Assembly (NCBI GenBank): GCA_017940575.1
Contig: JAGAYJ010000008.1
Location: 350-64,349, forward strand
Direction of reading: 5' to 3'
Length of the DNA: 64,000 nucleotides
Origin: Bacilli bacterium
Lineage (GTDB): Bacteria > Bacillota_I > Bacilli_A > RF39 > UBA660
Part shown: positions 50,041 to 59,357 of the stretch, in pieces
Position numbering within the stretch: position 1 is the first letter of the stretch
Layout: the number at the start of each line of letters is the position of its first letter
Translations under genes and position numbers: made by a program
Notes under the pieces: model-generated
The model's input: the letters and a program-made list of their open reading frames with translations, nothing else
Told to the model about the DNA's origin: nothing
Databases searched by the model: none

Positions 50041-50826
50041 ATGTTTAATTCTATGCAACAACAAAAAATATATGAAATACTTCAAAAATATAATAATGAT
50101 GATGAATATAGACAAGAAATTGAAAGTAATTATTATAATGACATAATTAGTTTAAGTATCTATGAAATATATGTGCTTGAAGAACTGGTAAGATATGGCA
50201 GTAAAAATTATTATAATGCTTTACTTAATGCTAAGCAAAGTGATAAGCAAAATATTTTTGATGAGTATGATATTCTATTAAAATTATATAAAAATAATGA
50301 ACAGTTTTTTGATAATGATTATCAAAAATATACTCAAAATGATGAACAATTATCGGAAATTCAAAAATTTGTTATTACATTAATGAAAAATACTAAGAAA
50401 GAAAAAAATAGAGAAAACTACGAATATGATGAATTTGTACCAATGAAATATAATAGTGATCGTGAAATTAAAGATACGTTGTTAAATATTTTGCTAGGTA
50501 ATTTTATAGGCGATTTATTTAATAATGATGAAATTCTTAAATTATATCCAAATTTAATTGATATTAAATCACATCAAAAACAACCAGGAATGATAGCAAC
50601 ATGTGATAAAGATGTATTAATAACTTTAATACAGAATAATATTCCAGATGTTACTTTACTTGAGACAAAAGTTGATGAAATGTATGCAAAAGTAAAAATT
50701 GATTTACTATTCAAAAATTCAGGTGAAAAATCTTTTGAACAATTTATTGTGCAAAGAACAAATATAAGTAATGACGAAGTTGGATTTGATTTATATAAGA
50801 ATCCTTTTACAAAAAATTATTTTTAA
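50041..50826 (+). CDS. hypothetical protein (261 aa, N/Y/E/K-rich, no TM)
   Basis: Long ORF with SD GAAGGAGAAG upstream and a terminator downstream. No family recognised. Confidence 0.65.
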   Translation: MFNSMQQQKIYEILQKYNNDDEYRQEIESNYYNDIISLSIYEIYVLEELVRYGSKNYYNALLNAKQSDKQNIFDEYDILLKLYKNNEQFFDNDYQKYTQNDEQLSEIQKFVITLMKNTKKEKNRENYEYDEFVPMKYNSDREIKDTLLNILLGNFIGDLFNNDEILKLYPNLIDIKSHQKQPGMIATCDKDVLITLIQNNIPDVTLLETKVDEMYAKVKIDLLFKNSGEKSFEQFIVQRTNISNDEVGFDLYKNPFTKNYF

Positions 50827-50832
50827 AACTAT

Positions 50833-50856
50833 AAAAGCACTAATTATAGTGCTTTT
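50833..50856. terminator. bidirectional terminator hairpin between convergent ORFs
   Basis: AAAAGCAC-TAATTATA-GTGCTTTT, with A/T runs on both sides. Confidence 0.65.
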
Positions 50857-51034
50857 ATAGTTGCTTTTTAATATTATTAAAAATTTCTTCTATCTTAGAA
50901 TCTTCAATTTTATCATTTTTAGAAAGAATACCTTTTTTAATTAATGCTTGCATTAATAATTCATTAGGTTGTTCTTTTTCTTCTAGTTCTTTAATTTTTT
51001 TGTCTATTAATTTGATTAAGTCTTCTTCTTTCAT
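50855..51034 (-). CDS. unannotated small ORF (59 aa, charged helical)
   Basis: Hand translation MKEEDLIKLIDKKIKELEEKEQPNELLMQALIKKGILSKNDKIEDSKIEEIFNNIKKQL. SD AAGAGGAAAT 5 nt upstream of the ATG at 51034. Confidence 0.5.
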   Translation of the reverse strand: MKEEDLIKLIDKKIKELEEKEQPNELLMQALIKKGILSKNDKIEDSKIEEIFNNIKKQL

Positions 51035-51173
51035 ATATTTCCTCTTAAATAATTATACATCTTATTTAAGATTAATTCAAATAATAAACTTGAAATATAC
51101 TGGTATTTAATATATAATTAAAACGATTAGAACATTATAGTTCGTAACTTGTATTAAATACGCCCCATTTAAA

Positions 51174-51206
51174 AAAATAAAACTCAACATTTGTTGAGTT
51201 TTTTTG
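51174..51206 (+). terminator. strong intrinsic terminator with no upstream plus-strand CDS
   Basis: AACTCAAC-ATTT-GTTGAGTT followed by TTTTT. A consensus promoter (TTGAAA 51090-51095, 17 nt, TATAAT 51113-51118) lies ~60 nt upstream. Confidence 0.7.
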
Positions 51207-51263
51207 TTCTTGTTTAATAATCATAAAAGTGATAAAATTGAATAGTAATTATAGGAGGTATAT

Positions 51264-52214
51264 ATGTTTTTACAAATTATTTTATTAGTATTAGGATTTG
51301 TTGTTTTAATAAAGGGCGCTGATATATTTGTAGATGGAGCATCAAGTGTAGCTGGAAACTTTAAAGTATCAAAAATACTTATTGGACTTACTATTGTTGC
51401 TTTTGGTACATCTGCTCCAGAGTTTGCTGTTTCAGTAAAATCAATTATTTCAGGCAATCATGATATTGTATTTGGTAATGTTATTGGTAGTAATATATTA
51501 AATATTTTATTAATACTTGGAGTTAGCTCATTGTTCCACTCACTTACTGTTAAAAGTAATACTGTAAAAAAAGAGTTACCAATTACAATGTTGATAACTA
51601 CTTTATTTGCTGTATTATTATCAGACAGTCTATTTGATAATGTAAATAATGCCTTTACAAGAGGAGATGGAATTATACTTATACTGTTCTTCTTAGTTTT
51701 TATATATTATTTAATCTCAATAGCAAGAAATAAAATAGATGAAAATCAAACAGAAGAATATATGTCATTAACTAAATCATTTGCATTTACCATAGTTGGT
51801 ATTATATCAATAGTACTTGGTAGTAATCTTGTTGTAGATAGTGCATCAAAAATAGCTTTAACTATGGGTGTTAGTCAAAAATTAATAAGTTTGACAATAA
51901 TAGCTCTTGGTACATCACTTCCTGAATTAGTTACAAGTGTAACGGCTACCAAGAAAGGTGAATATGATATAGCAATTGGAAATGTTGTTGGAAGTAATAT
52001 ATTTAATATTGGTCTAGTAATAGGACTTCCAGTAGCAATTTATGGTGGAGTAAGTCAAATAAACTTTAATATTGTTGATTTAGTTGTAATGTTAATAAGT
52101 GCAGTACTATTATTTGTCTTTTCATTTAAAAACTATAAAATAACAAAAAAGGAAGGACTAGTATTTTTAATCTTATTTGTTATATATTATAGCTATGTAA
52201 TATATATGGGATAA
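51264..52214 (+). CDS. CaCA-family sodium/calcium antiporter (YrbG-like)
   Basis: 316 aa. Duplicated alpha-repeats GTSAPEF...GNVIGSNILNILLILG and GTSLPEL...GNVVGSNIFNIGLVIG. Confidence 0.9.
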   Translation: MFLQIILLVLGFVVLIKGADIFVDGASSVAGNFKVSKILIGLTIVAFGTSAPEFAVSVKSIISGNHDIVFGNVIGSNILNILLILGVSSLFHSLTVKSNTVKKELPITMLITTLFAVLLSDSLFDNVNNAFTRGDGIILILFFLVFIYYLISIARNKIDENQTEEYMSLTKSFAFTIVGIISIVLGSNLVVDSASKIALTMGVSQKLISLTIIALGTSLPELVTSVTATKKGEYDIAIGNVVGSNIFNIGLVIGLPVAIYGGVSQINFNIVDLVVMLISAVLLFVFSFKNYKITKKEGLVFLILFVIYYSYVIYMG

Positions 52215-52351
52215 AATTTATCCTTTTTTTTATAAAAAACTTACACAAAATATTTTTTTATGCTATAATTATGACTGTTACGCAGTAAAAAGGTATAATT
52301 GGAAACTTCAGAACAACACTTTTTATGCTTTAAAGAAAGGAGTTTAAAATT

Positions 52352-52807
52352 ATGCCAAAAACTAAAAGTCAAGAAATAATTTTTTCAATAATGATGGTTA
52401 TTGTTATGGTATATGGTATGGTAACTTATAATGTAGCTATTAATATGGGAGGACTATCAAATAAAGTATTTTTAATTGCTCTAATGGAACTTCCAATTAT
52501 GGGTGTTATTGCATTTCTAGTAGAAGGATTATTTGTATCTAAAATTGCACATAATAAAGCATCAAAAATAGTAAATTTAAAAAAAGAAAATCCTTTTATG
52601 ATGATTGTTATGATGTCTATTATAACAGTATGTTTAATGTGCCCAATAATGAGTTTTATAGCAACTATTATGCATCATGGTGTAAATGTTAATTTTATAG
52701 CTAATTGGTTTCAAGCAATTATTTTTAACTTTCCAATGGCACTTTGTTATCAATTATTCTATGCTGGACCATTTGTTAGATTTATTTTTTCTAAAATATT
52801 TAATTAA
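52352..52807 (+). CDS. DUF2798-family membrane protein
   Basis: 151 aa, 4 TM. The N-terminus KSQEIIFSIMMVIVMVYGMVTYNV fits the family as remembered. Confidence 0.7.
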   Translation: MPKTKSQEIIFSIMMVIVMVYGMVTYNVAINMGGLSNKVFLIALMELPIMGVIAFLVEGLFVSKIAHNKASKIVNLKKENPFMMIVMMSIITVCLMCPIMSFIATIMHHGVNVNFIANWFQAIIFNFPMALCYQLFYAGPFVRFIFSKIFN

Positions 52808-52832
52808 AAAAGAGCTTTATAATGCTCTTTTT

Positions 52833-53897
52833 TTAATGTACTACTTTATTTCTACCATTATTTTTAGCTTTATATAAGTTCATATCTGCATCATTAATCG
52901 CTTTTTTTATCAATGAATTAGCTGTATATTTAGAAACACCAATTGATACAGTAAGATTTATATTATCATTATTATTTTTGAATTTATATTTTTCAACTAA
53001 TTCTCTAAATGAATTCAAAATATCAACAAACTCCTTTTTGCTCATAGAAGTAGGCCCAAGTATTAAAAATTCTTCTCCTCCCCATCTAGAACTAATAATA
53101 TCTTTATATTCCATTGTTTTAAGAAGAGAAGCTAAATCTCTAAGAACAATATCGCCCACATTATGTCCATAAGTGTCATTTATACTTTTAAATAAATCAA
53201 TATCTAAAATAGCAAGAGGAAATGATTTTTCTCCGTTATCAATTCTATTATCGATTATTTGATTCATAGCATTTCTATTTCTAAGTCCTGTAAGTAAATC
53301 AAAATCAGCTTTATATTTTAGAATATCTATACTCATTTTTTCTCTTGTTGTATAAAAGAATGTAAATGCCATAATTGTCATAAATGTTAAAAATGAGTTA
53401 ATAGAAAATAACACTCTATTTTCAACATTAGATATATGATATATAGTTTTTACATATCCACCATTAACGAGTGTTGCCAAAATATAGAATATAAGAACAT
53501 AGAACAAACCCATATATATAGGCCTTTTAACAGGTTTAGAATTAATGTTACTAAATGATGGCAAGAAAAAGGCACATACTAATGCATAAAGCCATTGATA
53601 GAATCCTGGTTTCCATCCAAGAAGAATAGTTGCCAAAATAGTATGCGTTAGTATTAAAATATAAGTTTGAATACCAAATTTAATTGAATTTTTTATACCA
53701 TTTATTGAATAATATAAGTAAAGAAGTATAGAAGCTAAATCAATTAAAACTAAAGGTATAAACATATTATATAAATAATAACCTAAATATATAAGATGCA
53801 TTAATAAAAGAGTAATGTTTGCTAAATAAGTTACAAATTTAACTTTCCCCTCAAATGTATCACTGTTCTTTTTTAGGTTTATAATTTTACTGAACAT
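52833..53897 (-). CDS. membrane-bound diguanylate cyclase (GGDEF)
   Basis: ORF track 52833..53906 (its GTG lies inside the SD AGGTGA); ATG at 53897. About 6 TM at the N-terminus. Motifs DLLTGLRNRNA and RWGGEEF. No RxxD I-site five residues upstream of GGEEF. Confidence 0.9.
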   Translation of the reverse strand: MFSKIINLKKNSDTFEGKVKFVTYLANITLLLMHLIYLGYYLYNMFIPLVLIDLASILLYLYYSINGIKNSIKFGIQTYILILTHTILATILLGWKPGFYQWLYALVCAFFLPSFSNINSKPVKRPIYMGLFYVLIFYILATLVNGGYVKTIYHISNVENRVLFSINSFLTFMTIMAFTFFYTTREKMSIDILKYKADFDLLTGLRNRNAMNQIIDNRIDNGEKSFPLAILDIDLFKSINDTYGHNVGDIVLRDLASLLKTMEYKDIISSRWGGEEFLILGPTSMSKKEFVDILNSFRELVEKYKFKNNNDNINLTVSIGVSKYTANSLIKKAINDADMNLYKAKNNGRNKVVH

Positions 53898-54092
53898 AAT
53901 AATCACCTACGTCTAATTATATCATAAATAGTTAATAATTTATACATTTTTTAAAATTGTGGAAAAAATTGGATAGATTTTAAAAAATAAGTAGTCCAAT
54001 TTCTAAAATTGGTTAAATTTAGACCTTTAATTTGTAAAAATATATATTTGCTATTTTTGCTAATACTATTATAATCATTTTTGGTGATTATT

Positions 54093-55517
54093 ATGACAGT
54101 TGGTAAATATAAGCTAGATAAAAGTCAAGAAGCAATAGCAAAAGATAACGCAGAATGTATTTTAGTAATTGCAGGAGCAGGATCAGGTAAAACATTGACT
54201 ATCTTGGGTAAAATAAAACATATAATAGATATAGGTATCAAAGAAAATGAAGTTATATGTATTTCATTTACTAAAGCTTCATCTTTATCCTTAAAAGAAA
54301 AAATAAGGGATGAACTTGGTTTAAATATAAATGTTTATACATTTCATAAACTAGCTTTAAATATACTTAATAATAAATATAGAATTGCAGATAGTAAAAC
54401 TTTAAATTATATAGTTGATGAGTTTTTTAATGAAGATATAAAAAAACATAAACTATATAAAAAAATATTAAAATATAGTGAAGATGAGTTATATCATTTA
54501 AAACAATTAATAGAAACATTTATTCATCTATTTAAAACTAACAATTATACTTTACAAGACTTTAATAAAATTTATAAGAAAGTTAATAGATTATTTAATA
54601 GAAGTAAAAAATTTGAAAAGGAATTTTTAATACTTACCTTAAATATATATTTAAAATATCAAAAATATTTAAAAGATAACAATGAAATTGATTTTGATGA
54701 TATGCTTATATATGCAACAAAAAAAGTAAATGAAAGTTTTGATAAAAAAATAAAATATATAATTATTGATGAATATCAAGACACATCATTAGTTAGGTTT
54801 AATTTAATAAAAAGTATTATAGATAAAACAAATTCAAAATTGCTTGTTGTAGGAGATGATTTTCAGTCTATATATAGATTTACAGGATGTGATATAAATT
54901 TGTTTTTAAATTTTAAAAAAATATTTAAAAAAGCAAAAATTATGTATATTGAAAATACATATAGAAATTCTCAAGAACTAATTGATATAGCAGGATCATT
55001 TGTAATGAAAAATAAACATCAACTAAAGAAGAACTTAAAATCAAATAAACACTTAAAAGATCCAGTAGAAATTATATATTATAAAGATAAATTAGAGTTT
55101 AAAAAGTTATTAGATAGTATAGATATGAATGATTTACTGGTTTTGGGAAGAAATAATAATGATATAAATGACTTTATAGATGATAGTTTTAAATATAAAA
55201 ATTATATATATAGTTATAAAGATAATAAATTTAAATATATGACTGTTCATAAGTCAAAGGGATTGGAAAGTAATAATGTTGTTATTTTGAATATGAGTAA
55301 TAATATTCTTGGATTTCCATCACAAATTAAAGAAGAAAAAATACTTAAATATATTACTAAATATGAAAAATATCCCTTTAGTGAAGAGAGAAGACTTTTT
55401 TATGTAGCTCTAACTCGTTCTAAAAATAAAGTATATTTATTTACGCCTATTAATAATGAATCAATATTTATTAAAGAACTAAAGGAAAAATATAAAGTAA
55501 AATCAAGAATTATATAA
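54093..55517 (+). CDS. compact UvrD/Rep-family SF1 helicase, helicase IV-like
   Basis: ORF track 54081..55517; the ATG at 54093 follows GGTGA. Motifs AGAGSGKT, FTKAS, TFHKLA, IIDEYQDTS, VVGDDFQSIYRFTG, TYRNSQ, VHKSKGLE, ILGFPS, RRLFYVALTRSK. Confidence 0.85.
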   Translation: MTVGKYKLDKSQEAIAKDNAECILVIAGAGSGKTLTILGKIKHIIDIGIKENEVICISFTKASSLSLKEKIRDELGLNINVYTFHKLALNILNNKYRIADSKTLNYIVDEFFNEDIKKHKLYKKILKYSEDELYHLKQLIETFIHLFKTNNYTLQDFNKIYKKVNRLFNRSKKFEKEFLILTLNIYLKYQKYLKDNNEIDFDDMLIYATKKVNESFDKKIKYIIIDEYQDTSLVRFNLIKSIIDKTNSKLLVVGDDFQSIYRFTGCDINLFLNFKKIFKKAKIMYIENTYRNSQELIDIAGSFVMKNKHQLKKNLKSNKHLKDPVEIIYYKDKLEFKKLLDSIDMNDLLVLGRNNNDINDFIDDSFKYKNYIYSYKDNKFKYMTVHKSKGLESNNVVILNMSNNILGFPSQIKEEKILKYITKYEKYPFSEERRLFYVALTRSKNKVYLFTPINNESIFIKELKEKYKVKSRII

Positions 55518-55553
55518 ATTTTCTTGATTTTTTTTTAAAATAATGTATAATGA

Positions 55554-55574
55554 ATATGAAAATGATTTTCATAT
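55554..55574. promoter_or_regulatory. Fur-family operator: perfect 10-1-10 inverted repeat ATATGAAAAT-G-ATTTTCATAT (7-1-7 core TGAAAAT-G-ATTTTCA)
   Basis: Read directly. Starts 3 nt after a TATAAT (55546-55551) and ends 12 nt before the fur-family ATG. Confidence 0.7.
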
Positions 55575-55586
55575 TGAGGTGATTAT

Positions 55587-55985
55587 ATGTCAAGAGGAGA
55601 GTTTTATAATACAAAGCAAAAAGATATTATCTTTAATGAAATAAAGAACAAAGTAGATAAGTTTACGGTTAAAGATATATATAATGAATTAAATGGTTCA
55701 ATTGGTCTTACAACTATATATCGATTTATAGATAAACTAGCAAGCGATAATATACTTACTAAATCTGTTGATAATAAAAATACTGTTTATTATCAATATG
55801 TTGAAAAGTGTAATTGCGAAAATCACTTCTACTTAAAATGTGATAAATGTGGAATTTTAAAACATATACACTGTGAATGTATAAAGGAAATTACTAATCA
55901 TATCTTTAATGAACATAATTTTAAATCAAGTGAAAAAGGTATTATTATAAATGGCATTTGCGAAAAATGCGGAAAGGATGATTAA
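55587..55985 (+). CDS. Fur-family metalloregulator (Zur/Fur/PerR-type; specificity unknown)
   Basis: 132 aa. Winged-helix N-terminus, then NHFYLKCDKCG...H.H.....GICEKCG (two CxxC pairs). Confidence 0.85.
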   Translation: MSRGEFYNTKQKDIIFNEIKNKVDKFTVKDIYNELNGSIGLTTIYRFIDKLASDNILTKSVDNKNTVYYQYVEKCNCENHFYLKCDKCGILKHIHCECIKEITNHIFNEHNFKSSEKGIIINGICEKCGKDD

Positions 55986-55986
55986 A

Positions 55987-56826
55987 ATGATAGATAGCTT
56001 AATGGATGCATTAATTGATACTTTAAAATTATTACCATACTTATTAATTACTTTTATAGTTCTTGAATTTATTGAACATAAAATGTCTCATAAGAATGAA
56101 GAAATACTTAGAGATAATAAAAAGTTTGGACCTGTACTAGGTGGATTATTAGGGGCAATTCCACAATGTGGTTTTTCAGTAGTTGCTTCTAATCTTTATT
56201 CTGGAAGAGTTATTACTATAGGTACATTAATAGCTGTATTTTTATCAACAAGTGATGAGATGTTACCTATAATGTTAAGTCATAGTACAGACATTTCTAC
56301 TTTATTTGGTATTCTAATATTTAAAGTAATAGTAGGTGTTGTAGTTGGTTTATTAGTTGATTTATTCTTAAGTAAAAAAATTGATAAACATGAACATATT
56401 CATGAATTATGCGCTGATGAACATTGTAGCTGTGATGAACATGGTATTATATTATCAAGTATTGTTCATACATTAAAAACTGGTTTCTTTATTTTAGTTG
56501 CTAATTTATTAATCAATTTTGTTATTTTTAAAGTAGGTGAAGATAATCTATCTAATTTAATGCTTAATAATAATATTTTGACTTATTTTATAGCAAGTTT
56601 AATAGGTCTAATTCCAAATTGTGCTAGTTCTGTTATTATTACTGAAGTGTATTTATCAGGTTTAATTTCAATAGGTACACTTTTATCAGGATTACTTACG
56701 GGTAGTGGACTTGGTATTCTATTATTATTTAAAGCTAATAAAAATATAAAAGAGAATATTAAAATATTATCAATAGTTTATTTTACAGGCGTATTTGTAG
56801 GTTTAATAGTTGATATAGTTTTATAG
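55987..56826 (+). CDS. putative metal-ion permease (ArsP_2 / 10-TM family-like) with a His/Cys-rich loop
   Basis: ORF track 55951..56826 overlaps the fur gene; the ATG at 55987 gives MIDSLMDAL... Motif GAIPQCGFSV and loop HEHIHELCADEHCSCDEHG. Family call is from memory. Confidence 0.7.
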   Translation: MIDSLMDALIDTLKLLPYLLITFIVLEFIEHKMSHKNEEILRDNKKFGPVLGGLLGAIPQCGFSVVASNLYSGRVITIGTLIAVFLSTSDEMLPIMLSHSTDISTLFGILIFKVIVGVVVGLLVDLFLSKKIDKHEHIHELCADEHCSCDEHGIILSSIVHTLKTGFFILVANLLINFVIFKVGEDNLSNLMLNNNILTYFIASLIGLIPNCASSVIITEVYLSGLISIGTLLSGLLTGSGLGILLLFKANKNIKENIKILSIVYFTGVFVGLIVDIVL

Positions 56827-56834
56827 GAGGACTT

Positions 56835-57710
56835 ATGGATATAATAAAGAATGTTTCAATAATATTTACATCTATATTTTTGGAAAGCCTTCCTTTTTTA
56901 TTGCTTGGATCCATTATATCTTCTATTATAGAAGAATATGTGTCAGATGAGACTATTGCAAAAATTATACCTAAGAATAAATTATTTGGTTCAATTGTTG
57001 GTGTTTTTTTAGGATTTTTTATACCTGCTTGTGATTGTGCTGTTATACCTGTTACTAAAAGGTTAATTAAAAAGAAAATACCTATTAATGTAGCAGTTTC
57101 ATTTATGTTAGCATCTCCAATAATTAATCCTGTTGTATTATTATCAACATATTATGCATTTTATAAAACGAATCCAGAAATATTCTTTTGCAGGTTAATA
57201 TTTGGTATTATAATTGCTTTATTTATAGGCATTCTTTTAGGTATTTTATTTGATGGAGAAGATATTACACTTGATAGTACTTGTGAACATTGTCATATTC
57301 ATTCAAATAATAAATTTTTATCAATTATAAAGCACACAGGAAATGACTTATATGATGTAGTTAAATATTTAATGTTTGGAGCTTTAATTGCTAGCATTGT
57401 TCAAGTACTACTTCCAAGAAATATTTTAGATATGTTTAATAGTAATGAAGCTTTATCAATTATTACTTTAATGCTTTTTGCATACTTTATATCATTATGT
57501 TCTACATCTGATTCATTTGTTGGTAAATCATTACTTTCTAATTTCTCGAAAGGATCTATAATAGCATACTTATTACTAGGACCGATGATAGATATAAAAA
57601 ATACTCTTGTTTTGATGGGCAATTATAAAAAGAGTTTTGTTCTTACACTAATTACATTTATATTTGTTGTAACATTTATATTTAGTTATTTGGTGGTGAG
57701 GTTAATATGA
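56835..57710 (+). CDS. COG0701/ArsP_1-type predicted permease
   Basis: 291 aa, about 8 TM. The motif FFIPACDCAVIPV matches the family CxC(x)2-3P signature. CEHCHIH loop. Confidence 0.78.
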   Translation: MDIIKNVSIIFTSIFLESLPFLLLGSIISSIIEEYVSDETIAKIIPKNKLFGSIVGVFLGFFIPACDCAVIPVTKRLIKKKIPINVAVSFMLASPIINPVVLLSTYYAFYKTNPEIFFCRLIFGIIIALFIGILLGILFDGEDITLDSTCEHCHIHSNNKFLSIIKHTGNDLYDVVKYLMFGALIASIVQVLLPRNILDMFNSNEALSIITLMLFAYFISLCSTSDSFVGKSLLSNFSKGSIIAYLLLGPMIDIKNTLVLMGNYKKSFVLTLITFIFVVTFIFSYLVVRLI

Positions 57711-58489
57711 AGCGTAGATTTTTAGGAATTATATCTTTATTATATGTTCTAATAATATTATATTTATGGTGTTCTAATAACTTAGTAAATATACTTGCAC
57801 CTCAAATGCAGGTATATGTTAAGTTATCACTAATCCCACTTTTATTAATAGGTTTAGTATTTTTACTTAACAACAATATTAAATATAAATTTAAAGTAAG
57901 TGATTTAGTGTTATTGCTTCCTCTTATAATGATTATTCTATCAGGAGATTTTAGACTTACTTCGAAATTAGCAACTAATAGAGATACATTAATTACTAAA
58001 GAGGATAGTAAAATAGATGATAATTATAAAGAAGACGAGATAGATATTACAAAATATAATTTTGAAAGTGTTGATTTTGATGTCATTGATCCATCTTATG
58101 GTGGTATATCAGACTATTTAATGTATACAACTGATCCTGATTATTATATAGGTAAAACTATAAGATTTAGAGGATTATCTTTAAAGAATAGTAAAATAGT
58201 AAGTGGTAATTACTTTATAATTGGAAAATATCTAATTACTTGCTGTGCTGCAGATGCTGGTTTTGTTGGATTTGTTGTGAACTATGATGTAAATGAAATT
58301 AAAGATAATACATGGTATGAAGTAGAAGGTGTTTTAAAGAAAGTTAGACTAAAAGATGGAACATATGTAGTTGGTGTTAAAGTGGTTAATATTAAAGAAA
58401 TAGATTCTAAGTCAGAAAATCAATATGTGTATCCTTGTTATACATATAGTGATGTATGTGAAGAGATATCTAAATATAATTTAAAGTAA
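57707..58489 (+). CDS. TIGR03943/DUF1980-family protein (partner subunit of COG0701 permeases)
   Basis: 260 aa, N-terminal TMs. C-terminal domain with LITCCAADAGFVGF. Overlaps the upstream gene (ATGA). Confidence 0.78.
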   Translation: MKRRFLGIISLLYVLIILYLWCSNNLVNILAPQMQVYVKLSLIPLLLIGLVFLLNNNIKYKFKVSDLVLLLPLIMIILSGDFRLTSKLATNRDTLITKEDSKIDDNYKEDEIDITKYNFESVDFDVIDPSYGGISDYLMYTTDPDYYIGKTIRFRGLSLKNSKIVSGNYFIIGKYLITCCAADAGFVGFVVNYDVNEIKDNTWYEVEGVLKKVRLKDGTYVVGVKVVNIKEIDSKSENQYVYPCYTYSDVCEEISKYNLK

Positions 58490-58613
58490 GTTTAAACTTA
58501 CTTTTTTTGTCAACAAAATGTCATATTTTAAAGAAATTTAAAAAAATTCTTTTTAAGAAATATATTATTTGGTATAATTGAAAAGATGTGTCAAAAAAAG
58601 GAGTGATATTTTA

Positions 58614-59282
58614 GTGAACAAGAAAAAGGCATCATTGTTATTTAACGTATTGATTGTTCTATTTGAGATAATAGGAATTATAGAAACATTAAAAATAAAC
58701 AATAAAATTAGTTTTGAATATTATACAGAGGATAGTAATATACTAGCCTTAATAAGTTCAACTCTATTTGTAATATATTTGATAAGAAATAAAAAAATTC
58801 CAAGATGGTTACAAATATTTAAGTATGCAACAACCATATGTTTATCAATTACTTTTATAGTTGTTTTATTTGTACTTGGACCAATGTATAACTTTAATTA
58901 TAGCTTTTTACTTTTTGATAGAGCATTATTCTTTCAACACCTAGTTTGTCCAATATTATGCTTTATAACATTTATTTTATTTGACTATATTAAGCCATTA
59001 GATATTGTAGATAACTTTATTGGTTTAATATTTACTTTAATTTATAGTTTAATACTTATTATATTGAATTTACTAGAAGTAGTTACAGGACCATATCCAT
59101 TTTTAATGGTAAAAGAACAATCGATTAGTATGTCTATCGCATGGTCAATTAGTTTATTCGTATTATCTTATATGATAGCTTTATCTTTAAGAGTGCTAAT
59201 TAAAAAACATTATGACAAAATTAAAAAAATAAAAGATAAGACAAAAGAAATATTAAAAAGAGGTAAAGAATCTAATAATTAG
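58614..59282 (+). CDS. multi-pass membrane protein, unknown function
   Basis: ORF track 58578..59282, but its TTG sits in a TATAAT (58573-58578). The GTG at 58614 follows AAAGGAGTGA. About 6 TM. Confidence 0.65.
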   Translation: MNKKKASLLFNVLIVLFEIIGIIETLKINNKISFEYYTEDSNILALISSTLFVIYLIRNKKIPRWLQIFKYATTICLSITFIVVLFVLGPMYNFNYSFLLFDRALFFQHLVCPILCFITFILFDYIKPLDIVDNFIGLIFTLIYSLILIILNLLEVVTGPYPFLMVKEQSISMSIAWSISLFVLSYMIALSLRVLIKKHYDKIKKIKDKTKEILKRGKESNN

Positions 59283-59357
59283 ATTCTTTTTTACTTGCTT
59301 AGAGCATATAATTATGATATAATGTACATCGCCACTTCAATATAGAAAGGATAAGAT

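Noticed and set aside
53958-53966. Lone TGTGGAAAA DnaA-box-like 9-mer between the GGDEF and helicase genes (another lies inside murA near 35630)
   Set aside because: Single occurrences of a 9-mer this A/T-rich are expected by chance in 64 kb. There is no cluster and no adjacent unwinding element.
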